Below are positions 19,567 through 30,152 of a stretch of 64,000 nucleotides of DNA, one piece after another (within the stretch, counting starts at the first letter, position 1; every line of letters begins with the position of its first letter). The notes below the pieces were generated by a model that was given only the letters and a program-made list of their open reading frames with translations, had not been told where the DNA came from and did no database searches. Source of the stretch: Bacteroidales bacterium (GTDB lineage Bacteria > Bacteroidota > Bacteroidia > Bacteroidales > DTU049); NCBI GenBank assembly GCA_012520175.1, contig JAAYOU010000029.1:8867-72866 (forward strand). Direction: 5' to 3'. The position numbers and the translations under genes are program-made.

Positions 19567-21057
19567 ATGAATTTTTCAATTTCTGAATTCATATCATCTT
19601 TAAGGTATTTACCAGACCAACCTTTGTTGTTTCAATCGGTAACTTTTTTTATACTTTTCGCATTCTTTTATTTACTGTATGCTTTATGCTTCAACAACAG
19701 AGCTATGCGCAATGGGGTTTTGCTCCTGTTCGGATTATATTTTTATTATAAAATCAGTGGTTTTTTTGTAGGCGTAATGGTTTTAATGGCTACAATAGAC
19801 TATTTTATTGGTATTGGCATTTATAAAAGCAAAAATCCGGCAAGTAAAAAATTTCTTTTAGTTTTATCTGTTTTAATAAATGTTGGAGCTCTTTTTTACT
19901 TTAAATACACCAATTTTTTAATTGAAACATGGACAGGAATTTTCCACCCGGGCACAGAGCCATTAGTTTTAAAAATTGTTCAACCGCTCGGAATTTCTTA
20001 TTATGTTTTTAAATCTTTAACATACATCTTTGATATACACAGAGAAGTAATAGAATATCCTGAGAAAAATTGGTTTAGATACGTTTTGTATGTCTCTTTC
20101 TTCCCAAATATTTTAGCAGGACCTATCTCAAAAGCAAGAGATTTATTGCCTCAATTTGTCCAAAAACCAATCATTGACAAAGAGACACTTAGCAAAGGCT
20201 TTTTCTTAATAATGCTTGGGCTTATAAAAAAAGTAGTTTTTGCCGATTATTTAGGTTCAAACCTTGTTGATAGAGTTTTTGAAAGCCCACAATATTTCAC
20301 AGGTATAGACGCACTCATGGCTGCTTACGGTGGTTTGATTCAATTATACTTTGACTTTGCAGGATATACTGACATGATGGTAGGCTTTGCTCTTTTGCTT
20401 GGATATACTATCCAGCACAACTTCAACAAACCATTCCTAGCAGGCAATATAACAGCGTTTTGGAGAAGATGGCACATTACACTTTACAGTTGGCTAAATG
20501 AATATTTATATCAACCAATGGCTTTTGCATGGCGACGAGGCGGAAAAATAATGATATTGCTTGCTGTTTTTATTACATTTTTTGTCTCCGGATTATGGCA
20601 TGGAGCTTCACTTACGTTTGTGGTTTGGGGTTTGCTGCACGGCGCTGCAATTTCGTGGGACGTAGTCAGCCAAAAAGGAAGAGATAATGTTAAAAAATGG
20701 ATGCCAAAAGCAATATACAGCTTTTTAAGTATTTTTATAACCTTCCATTTTTTGGTATTTTCAGCAGTTTTGATAAATGTGCCCAACTTAAGTGAAGCAT
20801 CTAATTTTTACAATCTTATCTTGCAAACAGATCTTTCATTGTTTCCAAAGTGGCTCGACATCTATTTTTATCCGTTTTTAATAATGGTTATTGGGCTGTT
20901 TTTGCAGTATTTGCCAATAAAATTTTACACGGGAATTTTTAACAGCTATTCAAAACTGCACTGGACGTTAAAAGCTATTGTTTTTTCATTGCTAGTTATT
21001 GTGCTTTATCAGCTATATAGCTCAGACGCGATGCCTTTTATTTATATACAGTTCTAA
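19567..21057 (+). CDS. MBOAT family membrane O-acyltransferase (DltB/AlgI-like)
   Basis: 496 aa; multi-TM; PNILAGPISKARDLLPQF, FWRRWHITLYSWLNEYLYQP, FFVSGLWHGASLTFVVWGLLHG. Confidence 0.95.
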   Translation: MNFSISEFISSLRYLPDQPLLFQSVTFFILFAFFYLLYALCFNNRAMRNGVLLLFGLYFYYKISGFFVGVMVLMATIDYFIGIGIYKSKNPASKKFLLVLSVLINVGALFYFKYTNFLIETWTGIFHPGTEPLVLKIVQPLGISYYVFKSLTYIFDIHREVIEYPEKNWFRYVLYVSFFPNILAGPISKARDLLPQFVQKPIIDKETLSKGFFLIMLGLIKKVVFADYLGSNLVDRVFESPQYFTGIDALMAAYGGLIQLYFDFAGYTDMMVGFALLLGYTIQHNFNKPFLAGNITAFWRRWHITLYSWLNEYLYQPMAFAWRRGGKIMILLAVFITFFVSGLWHGASLTFVVWGLLHGAAISWDVVSQKGRDNVKKWMPKAIYSFLSIFITFHFLVFSAVLINVPNLSEASNFYNLILQTDLSLFPKWLDIYFYPFLIMVIGLFLQYLPIKFYTGIFNSYSKLHWTLKAIVFSLLVIVLYQLYSSDAMPFIYIQF

Positions 21058-21062
21058 TAAAA

Positions 21063-22904
21063 TTACTCAACAGTAACAGATTTTGCTAAGTTTCTTGGCT
21101 GGTCAACATTACAACCACGCAATATTGCAATATGATAAGCCAAAAGTTGCAATGGAATTGTAGCTAAGATTGGAACTAAAAACTCCTCTGTTTCTGGAAT
21201 TTCTATTGAATAATCGCTCATTTCTTTCACTGTGGTATCGCCAGCAGTAACGATTGAAATAATGCTACCATTTCTTGCTTTTACCTCTTGGATATTTGAA
21301 ACAATTTTTTCATATGTTCCTTTGTTTGTTGCAATTACAACCACAGGCATCTGTTCATCAATTAATGCTATTGGACCATGCTTCATTTCTGCTGCTGGAT
21401 AGCCTTCTGCATGAATATAGCTTATTTCTTTTAGTTTTAAAGCACCTTCCATTGCTACAGGATAATTATATCCACGGCCTAAATAAAGGAAGTTGCGAGC
21501 ATCTTTAAAATTTTGAGCAATTTTTTCTACAATACCTTCTACATTTTTCAATGTCGTTTTTACTTTTTCAGGAATTGAGTGAAACTCCTCTATATATTTT
21601 ATGTATTTCTCTTCATCAATAATATTTCGTTTTCTTCCAAGCATTAATGCTATCATAGTTAAAATTGTAACCTGAGCCGTAAATGCTTTTGTAGAAGCCA
21701 CTCCTATTTCCGGACCAGCATGGGTATAACTTCCTGCATGTGTTGCTCTTGCTATTGAAGATCCAACAACATTACAAATGCCAAAAATTGTAGCACCTTT
21801 AGATTTTGCGAGATTAACCGCTGCCAAAGTATCAGCTGTTTCTCCAGACTGGCTTATTGCAAAAACAATATCATCTTTATTGATTATAGGATTTCTATAC
21901 CTAAATTCTGAAGCGTATTCAACCTCAACACTAATTCTAGCTAAATCTTCAAATAAATATTCTCCCACCAAACCCGCATGCCAAGAGGTTCCACACGCAA
22001 CAATAATAATTCTTTTTGCCTCACATAGCTTATCAATATATCTCTCTATGCCTCCAACCAAAATTTCTTTTTTTGATATCGACAATCTTCCCCTCATGCT
22101 ATCTCGAATAGAATTAGGCTGCTCATTAATTTCTTTAAGCATAAAATGAGGATAGCCACCTTTTTCAATTGCTTCAATATTCAATTCTAACTTCTGAATA
22201 TAAGGTGTTTTATCAATGTTTTTTATTGTTTTTATCCTAACATCTTTTCCTCTTTCAATAATCGCCATTTCTTCGTCTTCCAAATAGATTACATCTTTTG
22301 TGTATTCTACAATAGGCGTAGCATCTGAAGCAACAAAAAACTCATCTTTTCCAATACCAATTACCATTGGACTCGCCTTTTTTGCAATAATTAGCATATC
22401 TGGATTTTCTTCGGAGATAACCACGATAGCATAAGCTCCAACAACTTGATTTAAAGATATTCTAACAGCTTCTTCCAAGCTTGTTTTTTCATTTTTTTGA
22501 ATATCTTCAATTAATAGAATTAAAACTTCAGTGTCTGTATTGCTTTTAAACTCATATCCTCTGTTTATAAGTTCAGCTTTTAATACTGCATAGTTTTCAA
22601 TAATTCCGTTATGAATTATTGCATGTTTTCCTGATTGCGACAAATGAGGATGTGCATTAATATCATTTGGCTCTCCGTGAGTAGCCCAGCGCGTATGGCC
22701 AATTCCCATCGTACCTTTAATGTTTTTGTCTGCAACAAGATTTTCAAGGTCATTAACCTTGCCATGACTTTTATAAACCCTTAAGTCTCCATTTAAAATG
22801 GCAATTCCAGCACTATCATATCCACGATATTCGAGCCTTTTAAGTCCGTTTATAATTATCGGGTAAGCTTCATTATTACCCAAGTAACCAACTATTCCAC
22901 ACAT
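21063..22904 (-). CDS. glmS: Glutamine--fructose-6-phosphate aminotransferase (isomerizing)
   Basis: 613 aa; MCGIVGYLG N-terminal Cys amidotransferase; RLEYRGYDSAGI; SQSGETADT; C-term NLAKSVTVE. Confidence 0.98.
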   Translation of the reverse strand: MCGIVGYLGNNEAYPIIINGLKRLEYRGYDSAGIAILNGDLRVYKSHGKVNDLENLVADKNIKGTMGIGHTRWATHGEPNDINAHPHLSQSGKHAIIHNGIIENYAVLKAELINRGYEFKSNTDTEVLILLIEDIQKNEKTSLEEAVRISLNQVVGAYAIVVISEENPDMLIIAKKASPMVIGIGKDEFFVASDATPIVEYTKDVIYLEDEEMAIIERGKDVRIKTIKNIDKTPYIQKLELNIEAIEKGGYPHFMLKEINEQPNSIRDSMRGRLSISKKEILVGGIERYIDKLCEAKRIIIVACGTSWHAGLVGEYLFEDLARISVEVEYASEFRYRNPIINKDDIVFAISQSGETADTLAAVNLAKSKGATIFGICNVVGSSIARATHAGSYTHAGPEIGVASTKAFTAQVTILTMIALMLGRKRNIIDEEKYIKYIEEFHSIPEKVKTTLKNVEGIVEKIAQNFKDARNFLYLGRGYNYPVAMEGALKLKEISYIHAEGYPAAEMKHGPIALIDEQMPVVVIATNKGTYEKIVSNIQEVKARNGSIISIVTAGDTTVKEMSDYSIEIPETEEFLVPILATIPLQLLAYHIAILRGCNVDQPRNLAKSVTVE

Positions 22905-22916
22905 AGCAAATATTTT

Positions 22917-24227
22917 TTATTTTTGAATAGGGGTGTATGTTATTTCTAGACGCATTGGGTTTGTGCTTTTTGGGCCATTTAAAACGACTCGATTTGCATA
23001 AACCGAAGAGCCACTTACCAACAAAACAAATCCAAAAGGTGTTTCACCCCCAGTAATTATTTTTTGAATCTGCTTTGTCATTATAAAACGATAAGCGTTC
23101 TTTCCTTTGTCAAACTTGCCAAAAGGATCGCTGCTAGCGTCTAATAATGTAAAATATTTTCCTGCTTCATTCATTTTTACTAAACCCAATGCAGCTGGGC
23201 GAGGATATTCTTCTTCATTAACAGAAGCATCTACGGGCAAAATTAATTCTGCTCTGTTTATTACTATTGAAAAATCCTTATTTAATAATTTTATGCTTGG
23301 AAGTTTAAATACTACTTCTGTTCCAGCAAGCGGTTGTAAAAACAATTTTTGTTGTCCAAGCAATGTATCACCGTTTAATTGTCCTAACAAATCGGCAGAA
23401 GCTCCTGCATAAGCAAAATGCTCAAAATTGCAGTAACGAGCTGATTTTGTAGAAATATTTAGTCTGTATTTTGAAGTATCTAAGTCATTATGGTAGTATA
23501 TTGTCAGCCCAGAATATTGCGAAACAATGTTTAACACTGATATTGAGCCATTTGCTCCCGAAACAGGCAGAACGCAAATGCCATGAAAAAACTGCTGGAA
23601 AACATTATCAGATGCTAAGTGTCCTGCTAAATTAGCATCAATTATTCTTTGTCCAAAACTTTTGTCAAGAGGAATTCTTAATTGAGGTCCAAGTTTTTTC
23701 CCTTCAACAATAACGCTGTCTTTCGCATTAGGCGTATAAGTGTAAGTTCCCAATAACTCTCCTGCATTTATCGGCGAAAAAGAATAATAATTACTATCTA
23801 TTTTAATATTGTTTTGCAAATCCCTTACCTCCACCGTTACAGGATTATTTTGGGCTACATTTCCATAAATAGAATGATACTGTAAATGCAAAATCACGGA
23901 ATCAATTACAGGATTTGTACCAAAATCAACATTTGTGCTAGATAAAAGCAGTTGAGTGCAAAAGGAGGCTTTTAATTCTCCAAAAATTGGGTCAGTATAA
24001 TGTCCAAGAAGACTTAAGCTCGTTTCATCAGTTCTAAGGCTATCTACTTTTCTTGTATATGCATTAATAAGAATAGTGTCTGTTTTAACAACATTCAATT
24101 CATCTCCCGGTGGCTGCACATCAAGTCCAAAATCATTTTCAGGAGTACACGATACCAAAACAATAACGCAAGAAATGATACTTACAAATGCTGTTATTGT
24201 ATTTTTTATTATTTTTTTATAATTCAC
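22917..24227 (-). CDS. DUF4270 family lipoprotein
   Basis: 436 aa; lipobox VLVSCTPENDFGLDVQPPGDELN typical of family. Confidence 0.8.
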   Translation of the reverse strand: MNYKKIIKNTITAFVSIISCVIVLVSCTPENDFGLDVQPPGDELNVVKTDTILINAYTRKVDSLRTDETSLSLLGHYTDPIFGELKASFCTQLLLSSTNVDFGTNPVIDSVILHLQYHSIYGNVAQNNPVTVEVRDLQNNIKIDSNYYSFSPINAGELLGTYTYTPNAKDSVIVEGKKLGPQLRIPLDKSFGQRIIDANLAGHLASDNVFQQFFHGICVLPVSGANGSISVLNIVSQYSGLTIYYHNDLDTSKYRLNISTKSARYCNFEHFAYAGASADLLGQLNGDTLLGQQKLFLQPLAGTEVVFKLPSIKLLNKDFSIVINRAELILPVDASVNEEEYPRPAALGLVKMNEAGKYFTLLDASSDPFGKFDKGKNAYRFIMTKQIQKIITGGETPFGFVLLVSGSSVYANRVVLNGPKSTNPMRLEITYTPIQK

Positions 24228-24281
24228 TTTTGTTTATTAAAATATTTGCAAAATTAGCAAAATAACTTTAATTATTTGTTT

Positions 24282-25547
24282 TTATTGTGCTTCGTCCAAT
24301 TCTTCTTTATTATTTAACTCTTCTTCTGTCTTGTTTTGCTCATCTGAAGCCAAAACAACCGGCTCTTGCCCGCCCTCTACTATATCCATTTTTTTATTAA
24401 CCATTAAACCTATCATCATCACAAACGAAGAAAGAATAACAATTTGAGTTACCAAAGGCTTGTTTACAGTAGGAACAACTTCTTCCGGAACAATGGACAA
24501 AAAAAGCAAAATTGTAATCAATCCTCGAGGAGCGATGTAATACAAAGTTTTTTCCTTTACCTTGAAAAACTTTAAAAAAATAAATCTTATAATGAAAATA
24601 GCAAAAGTAATTCCAATAGCCCAAGGAAGTGCTGATAAATTTAACAATTCGCTTGTTTCAATTAAAAAACCAAACAACAAGAAAAACAAAGTGCGAACCA
24701 AAAACGTTGTTTCTGCCACAATTTCACTAAACCTAACAAATTCCTTTTTTAAAGATTCTACGTGAAAAGCTTGTGCCCATTTTGTTTTATGTAATAAATT
24801 CAAATTTCCTAAAAACATTCCAAAAAGCAAAATAAAAATTAGCCCTGGCAAATGGAAATACTTTGTAATTGCATAAAAAAGCACCAACAAAATTATTATT
24901 GGAATAAATTTTACCGAATGATTTATTTTATTCAACAATACTGAAAGTCCTATTATACCTGCAAAAGAAATAAATAACGTAAGTAAAATTTGTAAAAAGA
25001 AATTTCCAAACGTTGCCCAACCAAAAACCTCATTTAACGAAATGAAATTAAAAGCTATCACGCCAATAATATCAGAAATACTCGTTTCATAAGTAACAAA
25101 CTCCCTGTCTTTTTTAGATAAAGCGTGCACACTTGGAATTGCTATTGCGCTACTAATAATACATAGCGGCAAAGCATTTGTTAAAGCTATTTTAAATGGC
25201 ACATCATCAACATATTGTATAATATAAGCTAATACTACTCCTAGCACAGCCATTGGCAATATTGCCATTAACACAGATTTAATTATTAATGTTTTTTTAG
25301 ACTTCTTTAGTTCCAATTCCATTGAGCCTTCTAACACTATCAAAATCAATCCAATAGTTCCAACAATAGGCAAAATCTCGCTCAAATCGGGAACATTTAT
25401 ACCTAAATAATAGGAAATTTGCCTCACTCCCCAGCCAACTAAAAGTAATAAAATTACAGAAGGTATTCTTGTTTTCTTAGACGTTAAATCAAAAAAATAA
25501 GAAAGCAACACTAATACACAAAGAGTAATTATTATACTTATTGTCAT
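24282..25547 (-). CDS. Cation:proton antiporter (monovalent cation/H+ antiporter)
   Basis: 421 aa; about 12 TM segments; RIPSVILLLLVGWGVRQ, GTIGLILIVLEGSMEL, PRGLITILLFLSI. Confidence 0.8.
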   Translation of the reverse strand: MTISIIITLCVLVLLSYFFDLTSKKTRIPSVILLLLVGWGVRQISYYLGINVPDLSEILPIVGTIGLILIVLEGSMELELKKSKKTLIIKSVLMAILPMAVLGVVLAYIIQYVDDVPFKIALTNALPLCIISSAIAIPSVHALSKKDREFVTYETSISDIIGVIAFNFISLNEVFGWATFGNFFLQILLTLFISFAGIIGLSVLLNKINHSVKFIPIIILLVLFYAITKYFHLPGLIFILLFGMFLGNLNLLHKTKWAQAFHVESLKKEFVRFSEIVAETTFLVRTLFFLLFGFLIETSELLNLSALPWAIGITFAIFIIRFIFLKFFKVKEKTLYYIAPRGLITILLFLSIVPEEVVPTVNKPLVTQIVILSSFVMMIGLMVNKKMDIVEGGQEPVVLASDEQNKTEEELNNKEELDEAQ

Positions 25548-25678
25548 TTTTTAAAAATTTTTACCATTCAAAAATAATGTTTTTTTTACAAAAGAATAAA
25601 TTGTTTGCTTTAATACTATTTTTAATCAATTATTAATTATTAATTTTGCATGGATTTAAAACATTATAAACAAAAACG

Positions 25679-27208
25679 ATGAGTGAAGATCTTTTTAGAA
25701 AAATAATTTCCCATGCCAAAGAATATGGCTTTGTGTTTCCTTCTTCTGAAATATATGACGGACTAAGCGCTGTTTACGACTATGGACAATATGGCTCTGA
25801 GCTAAAAAACAACATCAGAAACTATTGGTGGAAAAGCATGGTGCAAAAACACAGCAATATTGTTGGCATAGACGCATCTATCTTTATGCATCCTACCACG
25901 TGGAAAGCATCTGGACATATAGATGCATTCAACGACCCGCTAATAGACAATAAAGACAGCAAAAAACGCTATCGTGCTGATGTTTTAATCGAAGATTATG
26001 CTGAAAAACAACACGAAAAAGCTGAAAAAGAAGTTGAAAAAGCAAGAAAAAGATTTGGAGAAAGTTTTGATGAAACCTTGTTCAGAAACACAAATCCAAG
26101 AGTAATTGAATACAGAAAAAAAGGAGAAGATGCTGTTAAAAAAATGGCTCAGTCTCTTGAAAACAACAATCTTGACGAAATAAAACAACTAATAATAGAC
26201 CTTGAAATTGCTTGCCCCATCAGCGGTACACGCAATTGGACCGATGTTCGCCAATTTAACCTAATGTTTAAAACAAACATGGGCTCTGTAACTGACGATT
26301 CCGATTCCATTTATTTACGTCCAGAAACAGCACAAGGAATTTTTGTAAACTTCATGAATGTTTATAAAACGGGTCGTATGAAAATTCCTTTTGGTATAGC
26401 ACAAACAGGAAAAGCTTTTAGAAACGAGATTGTTGCTCGCCAATTCATTTTCAGAATGCGCGAATTTGAGCAAATGGAAATGCAATTCTTTGTAAAACCC
26501 GGCGAAGAAATGAAATGGTATGAATATTGGCGAGAAGAGCGAATGAAATGGCATTTGGAAATGGGCATTCCAAAAACAAAATATCGTTGGCACAAACACG
26601 AAAAACTTGCCCACTATGCAAATGCCGCAGCCGACATCGAATTCGACTTCCCATTTGGATTTAAAGAACTTGAAGGAATACACAGCAGAACAGATTTTGA
26701 CTTGAATGCTCATCAAAAATTTAGTGGAAAAAAACTTCAATATTTTGATTCCGAAACAAACGAAAGTTACGTGCCATACGTGATTGAAACTTCTATTGGC
26801 TTAGATAGAACCTTCCTATGCGTTTTAAGCCATGCCTACGAAGAGCAACAACTCGAAGATGGCTCTGTAAGAACAGTTTTACACATACCTGACTTTTTAG
26901 CTCCAATAAAAGCTGCGGTTTTACCTCTTGTAAAAAAAGACGGAATGCCAGAAATAGCAGAAAAAATAGCTGACGAACTCAGAGAAGATTATATGGTTCA
27001 ATACGATGAAAAAGATGCTATTGGAAGACGCTATCGCAGGCAAGATGCTATCGGCACACCATTTTGCATCACAGTTGATAATGAGACATTAGAAAACCAA
27101 ACTGTTACAATTCGAGAGCGAGATAGTATGCAACAAACAAGAATTTCATACGACTCAATAAGCTCATTTTTAAAAGACAAATTAAAACCTCAAAAACATG
27201 AAGACTGA
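25679..27208 (+). CDS. glyQS: Glycyl-tRNA synthetase (single-chain type)
   Basis: 509 aa; [30 protein letters not shown]; [10 protein letters not shown]; [13 protein letters not shown]. Confidence 0.97.
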   Translation: MSEDLFRKIISHAKEYGFVFPSSEIYDGLSAVYDYGQYGSELKNNIRNYWWKSMVQKHSNIVGIDASIFMHPTTWKASGHIDAFNDPLIDNKDSKKRYRADVLIEDYAEKQHEKAEKEVEKARKRFGESFDETLFRNTNPRVIEYRKKGEDAVKKMAQSLENNNLDEIKQLIIDLEIACPISGTRNWTDVRQFNLMFKTNMGSVTDDSDSIYLRPETAQGIFVNFMNVYKTGRMKIPFGIAQTGKAFRNEIVARQFIFRMREFEQMEMQFFVKPGEEMKWYEYWREERMKWHLEMGIPKTKYRWHKHEKLAHYANAAADIEFDFPFGFKELEGIHSRTDFDLNAHQKFSGKKLQYFDSETNESYVPYVIETSIGLDRTFLCVLSHAYEEQQLEDGSVRTVLHIPDFLAPIKAAVLPLVKKDGMPEIAEKIADELREDYMVQYDEKDAIGRRYRRQDAIGTPFCITVDNETLENQTVTIRERDSMQQTRISYDSISSFLKDKLKPQKHED

Positions 27209-27377
27209 AGAAAAAATTATTGACGCTATGAAAAAAGCTGGCAAAGCTCTTTCTGCTGGCGAAATTGCTGAACTCACGCAAATTGACAGAAAAGAAGTGG
27301 ATAAAGCAATGAAAATTTTAAAAGAAAGCGAAAAAATCGAATCCCCTAAAAGATGCTATTGGCAACCTAAAAAATAG
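27198..27377 (+). CDS. Small winged-helix-like protein (59 aa), missing from the supplied ORF track
   Basis: Reads [59 protein letters not shown]; overlaps end of glyQS. Confidence 0.7.
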   Translation: MKTEEKIIDAMKKAGKALSAGEIAELTQIDRKEVDKAMKILKESEKIESPKRCYWQPKK

Positions 27378-27379
27378 AT

Positions 27380-28960
27380 TTGATGCAAAGACCACAACAA
27401 CCTTTAATTTATTCCATATTAATTGCCTCCAGTTTTGTTTTAGGTTTTTATTTTTCTAAATATTCTCCTAAAAACAACATAAAATCTTCTAACAACAAAA
27501 TAGACGAAGTAATTCAGTATGCTTACGACAATTACGTTGACAGCATAAGCAAAGAAAAACTCACTGAAGATGCTATTGCAGGAATGCTAGAAAGGCTAGA
27601 CCCACATTCTGTATATATTCCAAAAACAGAGGCAGAAGCCATCAACAACCAATTAAGTGGCTCATTCGAAGGCATTGGCATTCAATTCAGAATTGAAAGC
27701 GACACTATTATTGTAATAGACCCTATTGCAAACGGACCGAGTGCAAAAAAAGGAATTATGCCCGGAGACCGCATTGTGAAAGTAGATGGCAAAAATGTTG
27801 CCGGTATAGGAATAAAAAACGAAGATGTAATGAAGTTGCTTAAAGGAAAAAAAGGAACAAAAGTAACTCTAAGCATTCTCAGAAGAGGCGTTGTTGGACT
27901 TAAAGATTTCGTAATCATTAGAGATGTTATTCCGCTAAACAGCTTAGATGCTTCTTTTATGATTGACAAAAACACCGGATATATAAAATTAAACGCTTTT
28001 ACCTCCACTACATACGATGAGTTTTCTGCTGCCATGAATGATTTGCTAAACGTAGGAATGAACAATTTAATTTTAGACCTACGTGATAATGGCGGTGGAT
28101 ATTTAGACCACGCTGTTAATATTTGCGATGATTTCTTAAAAAAAGGAAATGTAATCGTTTACACAAAAGGCAATAATAGAAAAGAAAGATTTTACAGGTC
28201 ACATAGTCATGGCAAATTTGAATATGGTAAAGTTGCTGTGCTAATTGATGAATTTTCCGCTTCTGCAAGCGAAATTGTTGCTGGAGCAATACAAGACAAT
28301 GACAGAGGGTTAATTATCGGGAGACGCTCTTTTGGAAAAGGTCTTGTTCAGGAGCAAAAAGATTTAAGAGACGGCTCTGCATTCAGGCTTACTGTTGCAC
28401 GTTATTACACGCCAAGCGGACGTTGCATACAGCGACCATACCAAAAAGGTTATGAAGAATATTATTTAGATTTTTACAAATCTCTTATGCTGAACGACTC
28501 TACAGCAAAAGAACACAACCTGAAAAAGAACGACTCGCTTGTTTATTACACCACCAAAGGTCGTCCTGTTTATGGCGGCGGAGGAATTATTCCAGACTCG
28601 CTTGTATTGCACGATTTCACTATGTCCATTGGTTTTCAAAATACATTTTTTTCTTCAGGAAAATTATTGGAAGAGGTTTTTCATTTTGCAGATGTAAATC
28701 GAACAGAAATAAAAACTAAATACCAAAACACTTCTGTTTTTGTAAACTCTTTCACAGTGCCAGAATCATTGGTTAATTCAATTTTTTCAAGTTCGGGAAT
28801 AAATATTGCTAACGTAAATCCTCAGGATAAAAAAATTGGCACAATGTTTATAAAAGCATTTTTAGCAAGAGAACTTTATGGCTTAAATGCTTATTTCAAA
28901 ACAATTACACCGCACGACAATATGGTGAAAGTGGCTTTGGGGTATTTTTATGAAAAATAA
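27380..28960 (+). CDS. S41 family C-terminal processing peptidase with PDZ domain
   Basis: 526 aa; MLERLDPHSVYIPKTEAEAIN, PDZ GIMPGDRIVKVDGKNV, LILDLRDNGGGYLDHAV, FSASASEIVAGAIQDNDRGLIIGRRSFGKGLVQ. Confidence 0.95.
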   Translation: MMQRPQQPLIYSILIASSFVLGFYFSKYSPKNNIKSSNNKIDEVIQYAYDNYVDSISKEKLTEDAIAGMLERLDPHSVYIPKTEAEAINNQLSGSFEGIGIQFRIESDTIIVIDPIANGPSAKKGIMPGDRIVKVDGKNVAGIGIKNEDVMKLLKGKKGTKVTLSILRRGVVGLKDFVIIRDVIPLNSLDASFMIDKNTGYIKLNAFTSTTYDEFSAAMNDLLNVGMNNLILDLRDNGGGYLDHAVNICDDFLKKGNVIVYTKGNNRKERFYRSHSHGKFEYGKVAVLIDEFSASASEIVAGAIQDNDRGLIIGRRSFGKGLVQEQKDLRDGSAFRLTVARYYTPSGRCIQRPYQKGYEEYYLDFYKSLMLNDSTAKEHNLKKNDSLVYYTTKGRPVYGGGGIIPDSLVLHDFTMSIGFQNTFFSSGKLLEEVFHFADVNRTEIKTKYQNTSVFVNSFTVPESLVNSIFSSSGINIANVNPQDKKIGTMFIKAFLARELYGLNAYFKTITPHDNMVKVALGYFYEK

Positions 28961-28977
28961 GAGAGTTTGTAGTGCTT

Positions 28978-29044
28978 AGTGTTGAGTGCTTAGTTTTTAG
29001 TTGGGGCGGCGGGCGCCCGTAATCGCTTGATTATCAGCGACTTA
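28978..29044. repeat. Dispersed intergenic repeat, copy A
   Basis: 67 bp, 5 mismatches versus 32606-32672. Confidence 0.85.
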
Positions 29045-29206
29045 TGCAATACATGACTAGAAAGCTGTCGCCACCACACAACTGATTGATTATCAATGTT
29101 TTATAAAAGTGTTAGTTCATATGCTAAAAATTGTAGCATTTATAAAACTAATTCACATACCATATTCTACAACATTGACAATAAATTGTAATTAACTTCG
29201 TTTTTC

Positions 29207-29236
29207 AGGGAGTTGTTTTTTTCTAACTCCCTTTTT
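29207..29236 (+). terminator. Rho-independent terminator-like hairpin
   Basis: AGGGAGTT (29207-29214) / AACTCCCT (29225-29232) followed by TTTT. Confidence 0.5.
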
Positions 29237-29247
29237 AAAATAAATAT

Positions 29248-30150
29248 ATGAGATTATTTTGCTTTAGCTGTCTGTTATTTTTATTATTTGCTTGCACCAA
29301 AGAAATAAATATTGAATTGCCTAAGCAAGAGCCAAAAATAGTAGTTAATTCTTTATTTACTAATAAAGAGCCTTTTCAAGTTTATCTTACTAAAACAAGA
29401 ACTCCTTTTGAAACTAAAGAGTTTTTTATTGATAATGCTAAAGTCATTATTTATTCTGGAAATATAGCTGATACTCTTCAATATACGGGTGATGGAATTT
29501 ACACGTCAAGTGTTTTAGGGTTGGCAAATTCTGAATATAGAATAGAAGTAATATCTGATGGTTTTGATAAGGTTACATCTAAAGATTATATTCCTAAGCA
29601 AATAGAGCAACCTATGATAAGTGGTTTTAGAGATAGTGTTGGGGTGGATGAAGAAGGGTATTATTATTCGCAGTTTACTATTGCTTTTAAAGATGATGCA
29701 AGCGAAAGAAACTTCTATGAAATTTCCATTAAAGATTTAGTTTTTGGTGATGAAACATGGGTTAAGCCTTGTTTTTCAAATGACCCCATTATTGTTGCAG
29801 AGGGTTTAAACGATTATTATCCAAAGACAATAGTGTTTTCAGATGCTTTTTTTAATGGAAAAGAAAAGGAGTTAGCAATAAATTATTATCCTGTAGCCTA
29901 TGGCAAACCAAGTGGAGGAAGTGGCGAATTAGTTGATGCTAACTATAAAGTAATTGTTCGTTTTAAAAATATTTCGGAGAATTATTATAAATACAAGAAG
30001 AAGTTAGAAGTTCATTTATCCGGACAAGATTTTGATTTTTGGGAAGGTTCAGGAGATCCTGTGCAAATGTTTTCAAACATTACAGATGGTTATGGCATAT
30101 TTGCAGGCTATACCGAAATAGTAGATACGATACAAAAGTTAAAAAAATAA
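29248..30150 (+). CDS. DUF4249 family lipoprotein
   Basis: 300 aa; lipobox LLFACTKEINIELP; adjacent TonB-dependent receptor, the usual partner. Confidence 0.8.
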   Translation: MRLFCFSCLLFLLFACTKEINIELPKQEPKIVVNSLFTNKEPFQVYLTKTRTPFETKEFFIDNAKVIIYSGNIADTLQYTGDGIYTSSVLGLANSEYRIEVISDGFDKVTSKDYIPKQIEQPMISGFRDSVGVDEEGYYYSQFTIAFKDDASERNFYEISIKDLVFGDETWVKPCFSNDPIIVAEGLNDYYPKTIVFSDAFFNGKEKELAINYYPVAYGKPSGGSGELVDANYKVIVRFKNISENYYKYKKKLEVHLSGQDFDFWEGSGDPVQMFSNITDGYGIFAGYTEIVDTIQKLKK

Positions 30151-30152
30151 TC

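Noticed and set aside
13733-21057. Alternative reading of the six-gene operon as a nonribosomal peptide/siderophore cluster
   Set aside because: No condensation or thioesterase domain; MBOAT and LysM-SGNH point to envelope modification. Not fully excluded.
26315-26740. 141-aa minus-strand ORF inside glyQS
   Set aside because: Overlaps conserved glycyl-tRNA synthetase catalytic region; no recognisable domain, no start context.
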